DNA from: an uncultured cyanobacterium
GTDB lineage: Bacteria > Cyanobacteriota > Cyanobacteriia > Cyanobacteriales > CAWCAG01
Direction: 5' to 3'
DNA: 64,000 nucleotides
NCBI GenBank assembly: GCA_963793425.1
Contig: CAWCAG010000009.1
Coordinates: forward strand, 768,001-832,000
The position numbers and the translations under genes were made by a program. This document shows positions 37,434 through 47,164 of this stretch, piece by piece. The notes beneath the pieces are model-generated. The model saw only the letters and a list, made by a program, of their open reading frames with translations. It did no database searches and had not been told where the DNA came from. Numbering within the stretch: the first letter of the stretch is position 1; every line of letters begins with the position of its first letter.

Positions 37434-38426
37434 TCACTTCTTCTTCAAAAACTCTTCAACCTCAGCCGCCGTAGGTTGGGAGGCAATCGCGCCAGATTTC
37501 GTAGTTGTTAAAGCTCCCACAGCACAAGCATAGGTGACAATTTCTTTTGCTACCTGGGCATCTTTTAAGCTAGCAATACCTCTCGTTGCTAGTTGGTGAA
37601 TTAAACCCGCCACAAAACTATCCCCAGCCCCAGTAGTTTCTTCCACCTCTACAGAAAAAGAAGTTAATTTCCCTTCATTTTCCCCAAGACAGTAACTAAT
37701 ATCTCCATCTCCTGCGGTTACCAAAACCCCTTCTACTGTATCAAGACGATACTTGATCGCCCCCGCATCAGTAGTATTAAATAACCATTCTGCTTCTTCG
37801 TCAGATAATTTTAGAAAGTCTATATAGGGCCATAACTTCTTAATCCAGCTTAGGGCTTCTTCGGTGTCATCCCAAAACATCGGCCGCCAGTTAACATCTA
37901 AAACTACTTTTAAGCTGTATTGTTCCGCTAATTCCAAGGCACGGAAAATTGCTGAACGAGTTTGAGGATAAGCTAATTCTAAAGTACCAATCACCAAAAA
38001 CTCTGCTGTAGCGAAGAGGTTGGTTGGTAACTTTTTAAGATCGAGAAAAGCATCAGCAAACTCGTCGGCTTGCTTATCTCCGAAGCCAGCAAACTCGCGA
38101 TCGCCTGTTTCTGTACGCAAGACAAAAATTTGCCGAGTAGGAGCATTAGGATGATCTTGAACCCCAGAAATATCAACCCCCACCTCCTGGCACAATTGCC
38201 TTAACTCTTTTCCTGGTTCATCTTCCCCCACGCAACCAATAAAACCGGCACTAGTCCCTAATTTGACCAAAGCACAAGCAACATTAGCAGGCGCACCTCC
38301 TGGGTAAGGAGTCCAAGATGCCACTTCTTCTAACTTCTTGCCTCGCTCATTAGCCAGACAATCAAAGAGAATTTCCCCTAAACAAAGAACAGATGAATTA
38401 CTCACTATTATGCTAGCCCCTACCAC
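37434..38426 (-). CDS. PfkB-family carbohydrate kinase (fructokinase-like)
   Basis: Motifs GGAPANVA, DVNWR and TTGAGDSF. Confidence 0.9.
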   Translation of the reverse strand: MVGASIIVSNSSVLCLGEILFDCLANERGKKLEEVASWTPYPGGAPANVACALVKLGTSAGFIGCVGEDEPGKELRQLCQEVGVDISGVQDHPNAPTRQIFVLRTETGDREFAGFGDKQADEFADAFLDLKKLPTNLFATAEFLVIGTLELAYPQTRSAIFRALELAEQYSLKVVLDVNWRPMFWDDTEEALSWIKKLWPYIDFLKLSDEEAEWLFNTTDAGAIKYRLDTVEGVLVTAGDGDISYCLGENEGKLTSFSVEVEETTGAGDSFVAGLIHQLATRGIASLKDAQVAKEIVTYACAVGALTTTKSGAIASQPTAAEVEEFLKKK

Positions 38427-38606
38427 ATTTAATATTTAATATTTAACATTTAACCTTGAGCGATCAGCAATCAGTAACATAAAATACATAAAAGGTTAGT
38501 TTCTCTTTTACTTTTTCCTTAAGTACTGCAAAGTATTATCTTCAAAGCGACCTATATCTTCTAGAATTGAAACGACTGTAAGTAAATATACTAAACGTAA
38601 AAAGCT

Positions 38607-38900
38607 ATGGCTGGCTGTGAATCTCATCCAACTTCGGTACTTTCTGAGCGAGAACTCCAAATAATCGAACTAGTAGCTTCTGGGTTGACTAACTTTGAAG
38701 TTTCCCAAAAGCTAGAAATTAGCAAAAGAACTGTTGATAATCATATCAGCAATATTCTGAACAAAACTGCTACAGGCAACCGTGTTGCTATGGTTCGTTG
38801 GGCTTTATTATCAGGAAAAGTTTGCTTAGATAACTGGAATTGCTGCTATCTACCTAGCAATGAAGCTACATCTCCTAAATTGGCTTCGGAAACAGTTTAG
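38607..38900 (+). CDS. pedR: small LuxR-type regulator PedR
   Basis: LSERELQII...SKRTVDNHISNIL with a C-terminal VCLDNWNCC Cys motif. Confidence 0.85.
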   Translation: MAGCESHPTSVLSERELQIIELVASGLTNFEVSQKLEISKRTVDNHISNILNKTATGNRVAMVRWALLSGKVCLDNWNCCYLPSNEATSPKLASETV

Positions 38901-39561
38901 GGCAGTCTACATAAAGACGAATTTAATTTCAATGTCTCTCAGCTTAAGAAAATTTGGCTTGTTGTTAATGAGCAAACTAAAAAGTAAACTTCCTCATCGA
39001 CAACAACTCAGTTTTTATGTTGTCATGACATTTTTGTTAATTAGTCTTAGTAGTTGTGGCGATCGCGGTTTTGTTACCCCGCCAGCTAAGAATTTAGGTT
39101 CTAGTCTGAATAGCAAAGCCGCAGAACAATATCCTCATTTTTCCTATGATGGCCGCTATCTTGTTTTTGCCTCAGATCGTCGCCAGCAAAGAAGTATTTT
39201 CTTTTATGAATTATTATCTCGTCGGTTATTAGAATTACCAGGACTAAACCAACCAGGTAGCATACAAGATCAACCAGATATCAGTGCCGATGGCCGCTAC
39301 ATCGTCTATGTTTCCGAACAGCTTGGCAAACCTGATATTTTTGTTTATGACCGCAAGACAGGAAAAGCAGAGGCAATTACGAAAGATATTTTAGGAGAGG
39401 TACGCCATCCTTCCTTAAGTGGTAATGGGCGTTTTATCACTTTTGAAATTAATCGATCTGGTCAGTGGGATTTAGAAATTTATGACCGTGGTTCTGGTAT
39501 TGAACTTTCTATTCCCCAAGCCGCAGGGAATATATCTCCTTCTCCAGAGCAAGAAGAGTAG
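38860..39561 (+). CDS. TolB-like (PD40 repeat) lipoprotein (start likely internal)
   Basis: Lipobox LSSC and repeats SYDGRYLVF, SADGRYIVY and SGNGRFITF. Confidence 0.82.
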   Translation: MKLHLLNWLRKQFRAVYIKTNLISMSLSLRKFGLLLMSKLKSKLPHRQQLSFYVVMTFLLISLSSCGDRGFVTPPAKNLGSSLNSKAAEQYPHFSYDGRYLVFASDRRQQRSIFFYELLSRRLLELPGLNQPGSIQDQPDISADGRYIVYVSEQLGKPDIFVYDRKTGKAEAITKDILGEVRHPSLSGNGRFITFEINRSGQWDLEIYDRGSGIELSIPQAAGNISPSPEQEE

Positions 39562-39973
39562 GCCATAAGTAATAGGTAATAATGACAGGCATTTTTAAAT
39601 AGCACTCAGATTAAATATATTAATCTATATAAATTGCTTTAATCAAAGTATTTTATCAATACCTCCTAAGACAAAAATATCTTACTTAAAAGCGGCCTAC
39701 TCATTCAAGCAAATTTATTTTTTATATGTTAAACAATTTCTTTTTATTAACTATCAATAGTCAATAAAAAGCTACTTATCCTCAAAAATACACAAATAGA
39801 AGGCTTTAAAGCAGGCTTTTAAAGAAAAGTTTCTGAACTTTACATAAATTAATTAATTAAAAGTTTGATAAAGATAATTTTTATTGCTTAAAGGAAATGT
39901 ATTCTGTTGGTTGCTGAACAGAATATGTTCGGTTCAACATCTCTCCATTGAGAAACTAACCAATAGAATTATT

Positions 39974-40570
39974 ATGAAAACTAGTCATTTACTAGCTAGC
40001 TCATCCTTAACCTTGCTTGGTTGTTCTTGCTTAATTGTATCACCAGCTACTGCACAAATCCTTGATTTAGATGTAATCAGCGCGGATATCACCACAGAAG
40101 AAACTAATTTTGAGTTCAATACCTTAGATATTCCCGCTGCTGGGGAATTAGATCCTACAAATTTGTTTCGTTTTGATTGGGACATTCAAGCCCAAAACAC
40201 TTTTGATTTTAAAGTACTTGCTGGGTTTCTTTCCTTTGATTTATTTGAAATAGATGGAGATGAAGATGGAGAAGACGATTTTTTAGGGAATTTTGTTTTT
40301 GGTCCTCCTTCTGAAGATATTATTTTAGCGCCAGGACAAATAGGTCGCGCTCCTTGTGTTTTTCCTGATACTTGTTCCCGACGTTTCAATATTGCCGGAA
40401 GCCAAATCAACCCTGCTATTGATGCCTCTGAAAATGGACAGCTTGAATTTGCTTTGAGAAATGTACGAGTCACAGCTTCAAGGGTTCCTGAACCCGGAAC
40501 AACTGCTGCAACTATACTTGCTCTTGTTTCAGGAAGCTTACTTCATAAGAAACGTAAGGGAGCAAAATAA
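39974..40570 (+). CDS. PEP-CTERM sorting domain protein
   Basis: Signal peptide from MKTSH and a C-terminal VPEPG-TM-KKRK motif. Confidence 0.82.
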   Translation: MKTSHLLASSSLTLLGCSCLIVSPATAQILDLDVISADITTEETNFEFNTLDIPAAGELDPTNLFRFDWDIQAQNTFDFKVLAGFLSFDLFEIDGDEDGEDDFLGNFVFGPPSEDIILAPGQIGRAPCVFPDTCSRRFNIAGSQINPAIDASENGQLEFALRNVRVTASRVPEPGTTAATILALVSGSLLHKKRKGAK

Positions 40571-40637
40571 TACTAATGATCAATTGTCCGTTAATATAAA
40601 GCTACAGGGTTATTTTTCACTGCATAAATGAGTAGAG

Positions 40638-40669
40638 GCTACCTCACTTTAGAAAAGGAGGTAGCTTTT
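40638..40669 (+). terminator. hairpin terminator
   Basis: GCTACCTC...GAGGTAGC followed by TTTT. Confidence 0.6.
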
Positions 40670-40680
40670 GTTCTAAACAA

Positions 40681-41349
40681 CTAACCATTAGCGATTAGCA
40701 ATTGCCAAGCTTGTTTGGCTTCTTGTAGAAACAAGAGTATTTCTTCTGCTTCAAAACGTCTTTCTTGATGATAATAAAGAAAGTAATTATCTTTCACCTC
40801 ACTACAAATGTTCTGGGTAGAAGATTGATTTGAATATAAAGCTTGCACCTCTGTACTGAAAAGGCAGCAAATATTTTCTGCATCTTCTCCTGTTAAGCGA
40901 TAAGACTCCACAAAATTGCGATCGCCGCTAATCTCAACACTTTTGCTGCGGAATTTATCCATCAAGAGACGAAACACTTTACTATCTGGTTGTAGAGTGA
41001 AATTTGGCAAATTAAGAGTGACAAAATCAAAACAAATAATCGTTTGGTTAATCGTAGTTTTATTACAGTAAAAAGAATAATCAAAAATATAAAAACGGAC
41101 ATCTTCTAAATTGCCATAGATAATGTTCCTGATTTTAGGATAAACTTGTCTTGCCAAAAGTTGAAACTGATTAATATTAGGCAGAATTTTAGCTTTATTC
41201 TGACTATAAAAACGCCAACCCATTTTTTGCGCCAGGAGTTTTAAATTATTACTTCTCCTCAATTCTTTTAAATAAAGTAACTCAAGGGCTACTACTGTCA
41301 AACCAAGGACAATCAATAAAGCTATGCGCCGCCATTCCATAACCTGCAC
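40681..41349 (-). CDS. hypothetical protein with N-terminal membrane anchor
   Basis: 222-aa ORF. Confidence 0.7.
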   Translation of the reverse strand: MQVMEWRRIALLIVLGLTVVALELLYLKELRRSNNLKLLAQKMGWRFYSQNKAKILPNINQFQLLARQVYPKIRNIIYGNLEDVRFYIFDYSFYCNKTTINQTIICFDFVTLNLPNFTLQPDSKVFRLLMDKFRSKSVEISGDRNFVESYRLTGEDAENICCLFSTEVQALYSNQSSTQNICSEVKDNYFLYYHQERRFEAEEILLFLQEAKQAWQLLIANG

Positions 41350-41403
41350 CCGAAATTAAAGGTAATCCTATTTTGCCAAATGGGATGATAATAAATCTCC
41401 TTT

Positions 41404-41537
41404 TCATACCCAATCCGGTTATTAAACCCCCATTGTAGAATCCGATTAATAAAGTTTCTAACCCTTGCTGCCCACTCCCTACTCCCTACTCCCTCCCCCC
41501 ATAAATAATCTGTGCAACCAAGCCGGATTTAGTATTA
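41404..41537. mobile_element. MITE/REP-like miniature element
   Basis: Imperfect terminal inverted repeats ATACCCAATCCGGTT...AGCCGGATTTAGTAT with internal CTACTCC heptamers. A related end, CCAAATCCGGTTATT, occurs near 42831. Confidence 0.55.
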
Positions 41538-41558
41538 TTGATTAATAGGTAACAGTCT

Positions 41559-42806
41559 TTGAAAAAGCTCAATAATCGGCAATTACACCTCATAATTATC
41601 GGCTTCCTGATTATTGGTAGTATTCTTCGTTTGCTGTGGGCTGCGGATATGGAGTGGAAATATGATGAAAAAACTATTTTTGCCTTAGCTCAACAAATTG
41701 CTGATGGTACTGTACCCTGGCCTGTATCAGGATTTCCTAGTTCTGTTATTGTTCGCATTCCTGGCCTGAGTGTCTGGTGTTTTGCTGTCATTGCTAAGTT
41801 TGTTGATAGTCCTGTTGCTATGGTACGTTGGGTGCAATGGCTTAATGTGGGTACTCTCTGGCTATTTTTTGGCTTCATAATTTGGCAAATTCCCAAAATT
41901 GAGAGACTTACTTGGCTGTGGGGATTAGCTATTGCTAGTGTCAATCCTTTTGCCATCCTCATGTCAAGAAGAATTTGGCAACCAGATATTCTTGCTCCTT
42001 TTTGTTTATTAATATTTTTAGGTCACTGGTTTCGTCGCCAATTCTGGGGTAGCTTTTTATGGGGGTTTGTCGGTATTTTGAGCGGGCAAGTGCAGATGGG
42101 AGGTTTCTTTTTAGTTATGGGACTTTTCCTTTCAACTGTTTGGTTTGAATATAAACAAAACACTCTCAAACAGACTGCTTGGCTAGGCTGGTTTTTAGGT
42201 ACGGCAATCGGCTTCATTCCCTTAATTCCTTGGCTCTGGGAAGTTTTACCCCAAATGGGAGGCTACAGACGTTCCTTAGTTGCTCTGTTTGTACCCAAAT
42301 TTTACAGTCAATGGCTAACATCAGCATTGGGAGTTAATTTAAGTTATACCCTCAAAGAATTTTTCTGGAGTGATTTTCTCAAGGAACCTTTAATTTTTGG
42401 CAGTCCTAGCTACTTAATGATTCCCGCCCATTTATTTTTATTAGGTATTGGTATTTATCCCTTTTACAGATGGTTTAAATCAAGAAAAAAACCGACTTTT
42501 CCACCAGAAGATTCTCACTTAAGTTTTTACCTTAAAGCCATGGGTTTGTTTGTCGGTATTGTTTTCACTTTATCAAGGGTAAATGTACACCCTTATTACA
42601 TAACCATTATTTTTCCCTTCACCTACATTTGGTTAGCCAGACTATACAAAAATAAGCTCAAAGTTTTAATCGCGATCGCTCTGGTGCAATTATTAATTAG
42701 TTGTAGTTTTTTGATGTTTGTACATCGCACAGGAGGAATGCCTTATTGTGGTGCTGGTTATGGGTTTTCCTATCGCTTTCAAGTGGAAAAAGGGAGTGGC
42801 ATGTGA
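41559..42806 (+). CDS. integral membrane protein, GT-C (ArnT/PMT-like) glycosyltransferase candidate
   Basis: Multi-TM protein with an N-terminal loop WKYDE and SRRIWQP. Confidence 0.65.
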   Translation: MKKLNNRQLHLIIIGFLIIGSILRLLWAADMEWKYDEKTIFALAQQIADGTVPWPVSGFPSSVIVRIPGLSVWCFAVIAKFVDSPVAMVRWVQWLNVGTLWLFFGFIIWQIPKIERLTWLWGLAIASVNPFAILMSRRIWQPDILAPFCLLIFLGHWFRRQFWGSFLWGFVGILSGQVQMGGFFLVMGLFLSTVWFEYKQNTLKQTAWLGWFLGTAIGFIPLIPWLWEVLPQMGGYRRSLVALFVPKFYSQWLTSALGVNLSYTLKEFFWSDFLKEPLIFGSPSYLMIPAHLFLLGIGIYPFYRWFKSRKKPTFPPEDSHLSFYLKAMGLFVGIVFTLSRVNVHPYYITIIFPFTYIWLARLYKNKLKVLIAIALVQLLISCSFLMFVHRTGGMPYCGAGYGFSYRFQVEKGSGM

Positions 42807-42986
42807 AGAGAATTCGTGACACTCTTGACACCAAATCCGGTTATTAGAGTCCGGTTATAAAGTCTAGAATTGACTTCATTAGGAGATTCCCAAAATATTA
42901 GCTAGCACCCTGAAGCATTTACCGATTCCTTCCATTTACTTCCACACAACGTTAATATTTTTTCGACTACCGTTAAGATTAAATCT

Positions 42987-44342
42987 ATGAAACTCGATTG
43001 TCTTCTTGAGATTGTCAACCATCAGCTAATTGAAAACCAAAATCGTCCCCTTAATTCCGCAGAAACAATTATTCTACGTGGCATTTGGCAATATAGAACC
43101 TATAATCAGATAGCGATGGAGGCAGGTTATAGTCCTGGCTATTTTACTAATGTTGTAGCCCCAGACTTGTTTAAGCAACTTTCTAAGGTTGTTGGTCAGC
43201 ATATAACCAAGAAAAACTGTCGAACTTTGCTAGAATCCTATGCTACAACCCAAGCATCTGCTCAGACAAAATCTAATCAGCAACAAGTCAAGCAAGACCA
43301 GCTACCATGCTATCCTTGTGGTTCAATTCCTCTGGAGTCTCCCTTTTACTTAGAACGTTCTTCTATTGAAAAGCAAGTTTATCAAGAAATCGAAAAACCA
43401 GGAGCGCTAATCAGGATTAAAGCACCTAGAGAAATGGGTAAAACTTCGCTACTGCTGAGGATTCTGGATCATGCTAACAGCCTGAATTACCATACTGTTA
43501 GTTTGAACTTAGAGCAGGTAGACCAAGCAATTTTAAGGGACTTGAATCAATTTATGCGGTGGCTATGTGCCAATATTACTCATCAGCTTCAGCGTAAATC
43601 AGTGCTAGATGAGTATTGGGATCAAGACTTGGGTAGTAAAGTTAGCTGTACTATCTACTTTGAAGACTATTTGCTGGAGTTAGTTGACACTCCCTTGATT
43701 TTGGCATTAGATGAGGTGAATCAAATTTTTGAGCATCCTCAAGTAGCGAAGGATTTTTTACCTTTGTTGCGTTCTTGGTACGAAGAATCTAAAAGACTAC
43801 CCATCTGGCAAAAGCTACGCCTGATTGTTGTTCACTCTACAGAAATTTATGTTCCCCTCGAACTCAACCAGTCTCCTTTCAATGTGGGGCTGCCGATTCA
43901 GTTAAATAACTTTGCCCCCGAAGAGGTAAAGAAGTTAGCTAAATGCTACGGACTCCATTGGGGAGATGGGGAAGAAGCCGAAAAATTAATGGCTATGGTG
44001 GGTGGACATCCAGCCTTGATACATTTAGCCATCTATCATCTTAGTTGCGGGGAAATGACCATAGGGCAACTGCTCAAGACTGCTACTATGGCTACAGGGA
44101 TTTATGCTAATCACTTACAACGTCATTGGGTGGCTTTGAAAAAACAGCCTGAGTTAGCACAAGCATTTGATAGGGTTCTTAATGCTACTGAACCTGTTGC
44201 TTTAGAGCCGATTTTTACTCATCAACTAGCTAGTATGGGACTAATTAAACTTAAAAATGAGGGTGCAATGTCTACGATGGGCTTTGCTTGTGTAGCTTGT
44301 GAGTTATATCAGCAGTTTTTTAGCAAAACAAGCGATCCTTAG
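42987..44342 (+). CDS. HTH (vWA-MoxR-associated N-terminal type) + AAA_35 NTPase
   Basis: N-terminal LRGIWQYRTYNQIA...GYSPGY HTH, Walker A KAPREMGKTS and Walker B LALDEV. Confidence 0.85.
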   Translation: MKLDCLLEIVNHQLIENQNRPLNSAETIILRGIWQYRTYNQIAMEAGYSPGYFTNVVAPDLFKQLSKVVGQHITKKNCRTLLESYATTQASAQTKSNQQQVKQDQLPCYPCGSIPLESPFYLERSSIEKQVYQEIEKPGALIRIKAPREMGKTSLLLRILDHANSLNYHTVSLNLEQVDQAILRDLNQFMRWLCANITHQLQRKSVLDEYWDQDLGSKVSCTIYFEDYLLELVDTPLILALDEVNQIFEHPQVAKDFLPLLRSWYEESKRLPIWQKLRLIVVHSTEIYVPLELNQSPFNVGLPIQLNNFAPEEVKKLAKCYGLHWGDGEEAEKLMAMVGGHPALIHLAIYHLSCGEMTIGQLLKTATMATGIYANHLQRHWVALKKQPELAQAFDRVLNATEPVALEPIFTHQLASMGLIKLKNEGAMSTMGFACVACELYQQFFSKTSDP

Positions 44343-44355
44343 AAAGTAAACATTT

Positions 44356-45213
44356 TTAAGAAAGCTGCCATCCTACTAATACTGCCCCTGTTACAAACAT
44401 TAGCAAACTGTATATGGCTGCCGGAATTGCCATCGTTGGATTATCAAGTAAAGTGGGCGCACTGGCAACAGCGATCGCTAATGTGCCATTTTGAATCCCC
44501 ACTTCGCAAGTGATAGCCAGGGTATTCTTTTTACCTAGCCCAGCAAAGCTAGAGAGAACAAAGCCTAAAGCCATTGTTAGTATATTGAGTGCTAGAGTAA
44601 CACCACCGACTTGCAAGAAAAAGCTAAGTACATTCGCCTGCTCTTTTAACAGTAGCCCAAAGATAATCAGTGCGAGAAAGAATAGTGAAAGCCATTTGAC
44701 GCTTTTTTCAACTTTGGCAGCAATTGCTGGTGCGTAGCGATGTAATATCATGCCTAAGCTAATGGGAATAAGAGTTATGACTGCAATTTGGATCACCGTT
44801 GGCAAAAACGGTAGCTGAAGTGCGATGCCTTCTCCCATAAAATATTGCATTGCTAGGTTAACGACTAGGGGAATGGTAAATACGGTAATGAGGCTGCTGA
44901 TTGCAGTGAGAGTAACAGAGAGAGCAACATTGCCTTGAGCTAAATAAGTAACTAGGTTGGAAGTTGGCCCCCCTGGGCAGGCAGCTAGAATCATGACACC
45001 AACAGCTAACTCTGGTGACAGGGGGAAGAGTACAGCTAATAAAAAGCCCACTAGGGGCAGCATAACTAGCTGGGCAAGCAGTCCTAAGATAACTGATTTG
45101 GGTGCGATCACAATGCGCTTGAAGTCCTCAAGCTTCAGCCCTAAGCCCATGCCTAGCATGATGATAAAGAGTGCTAAGGGGAGAAAAACTGCGGTCAAAG
45201 AGTTAGATTCCAT
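44356..45213 (-). CDS. bile acid:sodium symporter (SBF/SLC10) family
   Basis: Motifs MLGMGL, ACPGGPTSN and EVGIQN. Confidence 0.92.
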   Translation of the reverse strand: MESNSLTAVFLPLALFIIMLGMGLGLKLEDFKRIVIAPKSVILGLLAQLVMLPLVGFLLAVLFPLSPELAVGVMILAACPGGPTSNLVTYLAQGNVALSVTLTAISSLITVFTIPLVVNLAMQYFMGEGIALQLPFLPTVIQIAVITLIPISLGMILHRYAPAIAAKVEKSVKWLSLFFLALIIFGLLLKEQANVLSFFLQVGGVTLALNILTMALGFVLSSFAGLGKKNTLAITCEVGIQNGTLAIAVASAPTLLDNPTMAIPAAIYSLLMFVTGAVLVGWQLS

Positions 45214-45569
45214 AAAAGGTTGAAACGGCTAAAAGTTGCTAATCATTTTACTTTCTATTAAGCAATCAGCAAAGGACACAAGAAACAAGCTGTTAGGCAT
45301 TTAGATTTGTTATGAGGGCAAGGTAATAGGTACAAACTACAGCTTATTGAGTTTGCTCAAAAGAGATATCCTAAGAATTTTCTTGATTGAAGTCCAAAAC
45401 TAGGATAAGAACGCTCAAATAACTTGCTACTAAAGGAAATATATCTCTAGAAGGTTTTGCTAAACTCATCTAAATACTCTATAAAGCTCATAGAAAAACT
45501 AATAATCAAATATTTTGCGCTATTGAAATTGTTGGATATGTCTATTGGTTTGTGAAAATAATTTTCTAA

Positions 45570-46190
45570 TTACTTGACGGAAAATTTAACAGTAATACTA
45601 CCTTCATTATCGCCGTAGAGTTCTTCAACATCATTCATTAAAAAACGAGCAGTTTGTTTTTCTTTTAAAAGGAAAGAGTCTTGTTTTCCGTAGGCAAGAC
45701 ATTCCCTTCCTATCTTAACTACTAATGCTCCTAAAGAAAGATCCGGACATGGCATATTAGGGTTAGATTCAAACTGCTGAACACCATCTGGGGAAAGCTC
45801 ACCTTTAGCATATTCAGGAACATCAATATCTGGGTTGTTAGGAATAGCCTGCCATTTACCTGTAGCAGTGAAGCTTATAGTCACAGGCTCATCTGTATTA
45901 TTAGTATAGGATTCACCATTTGTATCACTAGCTTCAACTGTACGTTCTTCCGTTTTTGGAGAAGTTTGGATTTCTTTGTCTTCAGATATCAAATGATTAA
46001 TACCTGCTGTCCCTAAAATTGCAGCAATAATTGCAGCAACTCCTGATAAGATACCAGGCAAACTAGTCCAGAAATTAGGCTTTTGCTCCCCTTCACTCAC
46101 TATCTCCCCTCCATTTTTTTTGATATCACTAATTGTCAAACTTGCAACCTGGGCATCTGTCTCAAGTTTGATATTAACTTGGTTATACAT
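45570..46190 (-). CDS. membrane-anchored protein with a LecA/PA-IL-like lectin domain
   Basis: TM segment FWTSLPGILSGVAAII; C-terminal GALVVKIG and MNDVEELYGDNEGSITV. Confidence 0.65.
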   Translation of the reverse strand: MYNQVNIKLETDAQVASLTISDIKKNGGEIVSEGEQKPNFWTSLPGILSGVAAIIAAILGTAGINHLISEDKEIQTSPKTEERTVEASDTNGESYTNNTDEPVTISFTATGKWQAIPNNPDIDVPEYAKGELSPDGVQQFESNPNMPCPDLSLGALVVKIGRECLAYGKQDSFLLKEKQTARFLMNDVEELYGDNEGSITVKFSVK

Positions 46191-46255
46191 CTCATAATCT
46201 CATGACTTTTAACTCTAAAACTCATTAAAAAACCAATAAAAAAGTTTTGTAGCAA

Positions 46256-46310
46256 ATGAGTTTATCTATGAGTTTTATCAGTAGCTTTTTGGGAAGATAT
46301 AAATAACAAT
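46256..46310 (+). promoter_or_regulatory. direct-repeat promoter upstream of the amidase-cyclodehydratase operon
   Basis: ATGAGTTT twice at 12-bp spacing, with TAACAAT 36 bp after the start of the second repeat. Same layout as 49493-49547. Confidence 0.6.
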
Positions 46311-46338
46311 ATCAGTAAAACTAGCAAGGTTAATCATT

Positions 46339-47151
46339 ATGAAACTTGGTATTGATATAGGACATAATTGCCCTCCAGATACAGGTGCAGAGAAAATCAA
46401 AAAAGAAGATCATTTGACCAAAGATGTGGGAACTCGTTTGATGCAGAAATTGATTGCTGCTGGTCACGAAGTAGTTGATTGCACACCTAATCCGGCAGAA
46501 ATAAAAGACAGAAACAAATCTCCACGAGAGCTAGTGAATTTATCTCTGCGAAAACGAGCAGAAAAAGCTAACTACAACAAAGTTGATATCTTTGTTTCTA
46601 TACACTTTAATGCTTATACTAACGCTTCTAGCAAGCCTACAAATAAGCCAATGGGAACAGAGATATATGCAATCAGTAATGCTGCTAGAGGCATTGCTCA
46701 AAAAGTCCTGGATGAAATCCTTAAGCTAGGGTTTAAAGACCGAAAGGTTAAAAATAAAGGCTTTGCAGTTCTCACAAGGACTTCAATGCCTGCTATTTTA
46801 GTTGAGTGTTGTTTTCTTGATTCATATCCGGATATGAATCTTTTCGATGCTGAAAAAATGGCTGAGGCGATTAAGATTGGTTTAGTTGGAGAAGCTCCTG
46901 ATAGCAATACTTCTCCTCTACCAGGTAAGTTAAAAGTTTTTCAATCAGCTATTCTCAAACCTTCCACAGAACAGTCTTCAGAGCTACCTCCAGACTCATT
47001 AATAAGTATTACTTCAGGAGAATATTTGGTTTTAGATTACCGTTTAGAAGAACGGCACTACTGGGTAAAATGGCCTGATAATAGCAAGGGAAATCGTTAT
47101 GAGCATTTTATTTTTGAAGCAGATGCTGAAATTATCCCGACTGAGAATTGA
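46339..47151 (+). CDS. N-acetylmuramoyl-L-alanine amidase (Amidase_3)
   Basis: Zn-amidase motifs IDIGH, E, SIHFNA and AILVECCF. Confidence 0.9.
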   Translation: MKLGIDIGHNCPPDTGAEKIKKEDHLTKDVGTRLMQKLIAAGHEVVDCTPNPAEIKDRNKSPRELVNLSLRKRAEKANYNKVDIFVSIHFNAYTNASSKPTNKPMGTEIYAISNAARGIAQKVLDEILKLGFKDRKVKNKGFAVLTRTSMPAILVECCFLDSYPDMNLFDAEKMAEAIKIGLVGEAPDSNTSPLPGKLKVFQSAILKPSTEQSSELPPDSLISITSGEYLVLDYRLEERHYWVKWPDNSKGNRYEHFIFEADAEIIPTEN

Positions 47152-47164
47152 TCAATCCTAAGTA

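Noticed and set aside
44356..45213. Symporter as the RiPP exporter
   Set aside because: SLC10/SBF proteins are small-molecule importers. Only proximity and a weak promoter motif link it to the cluster.
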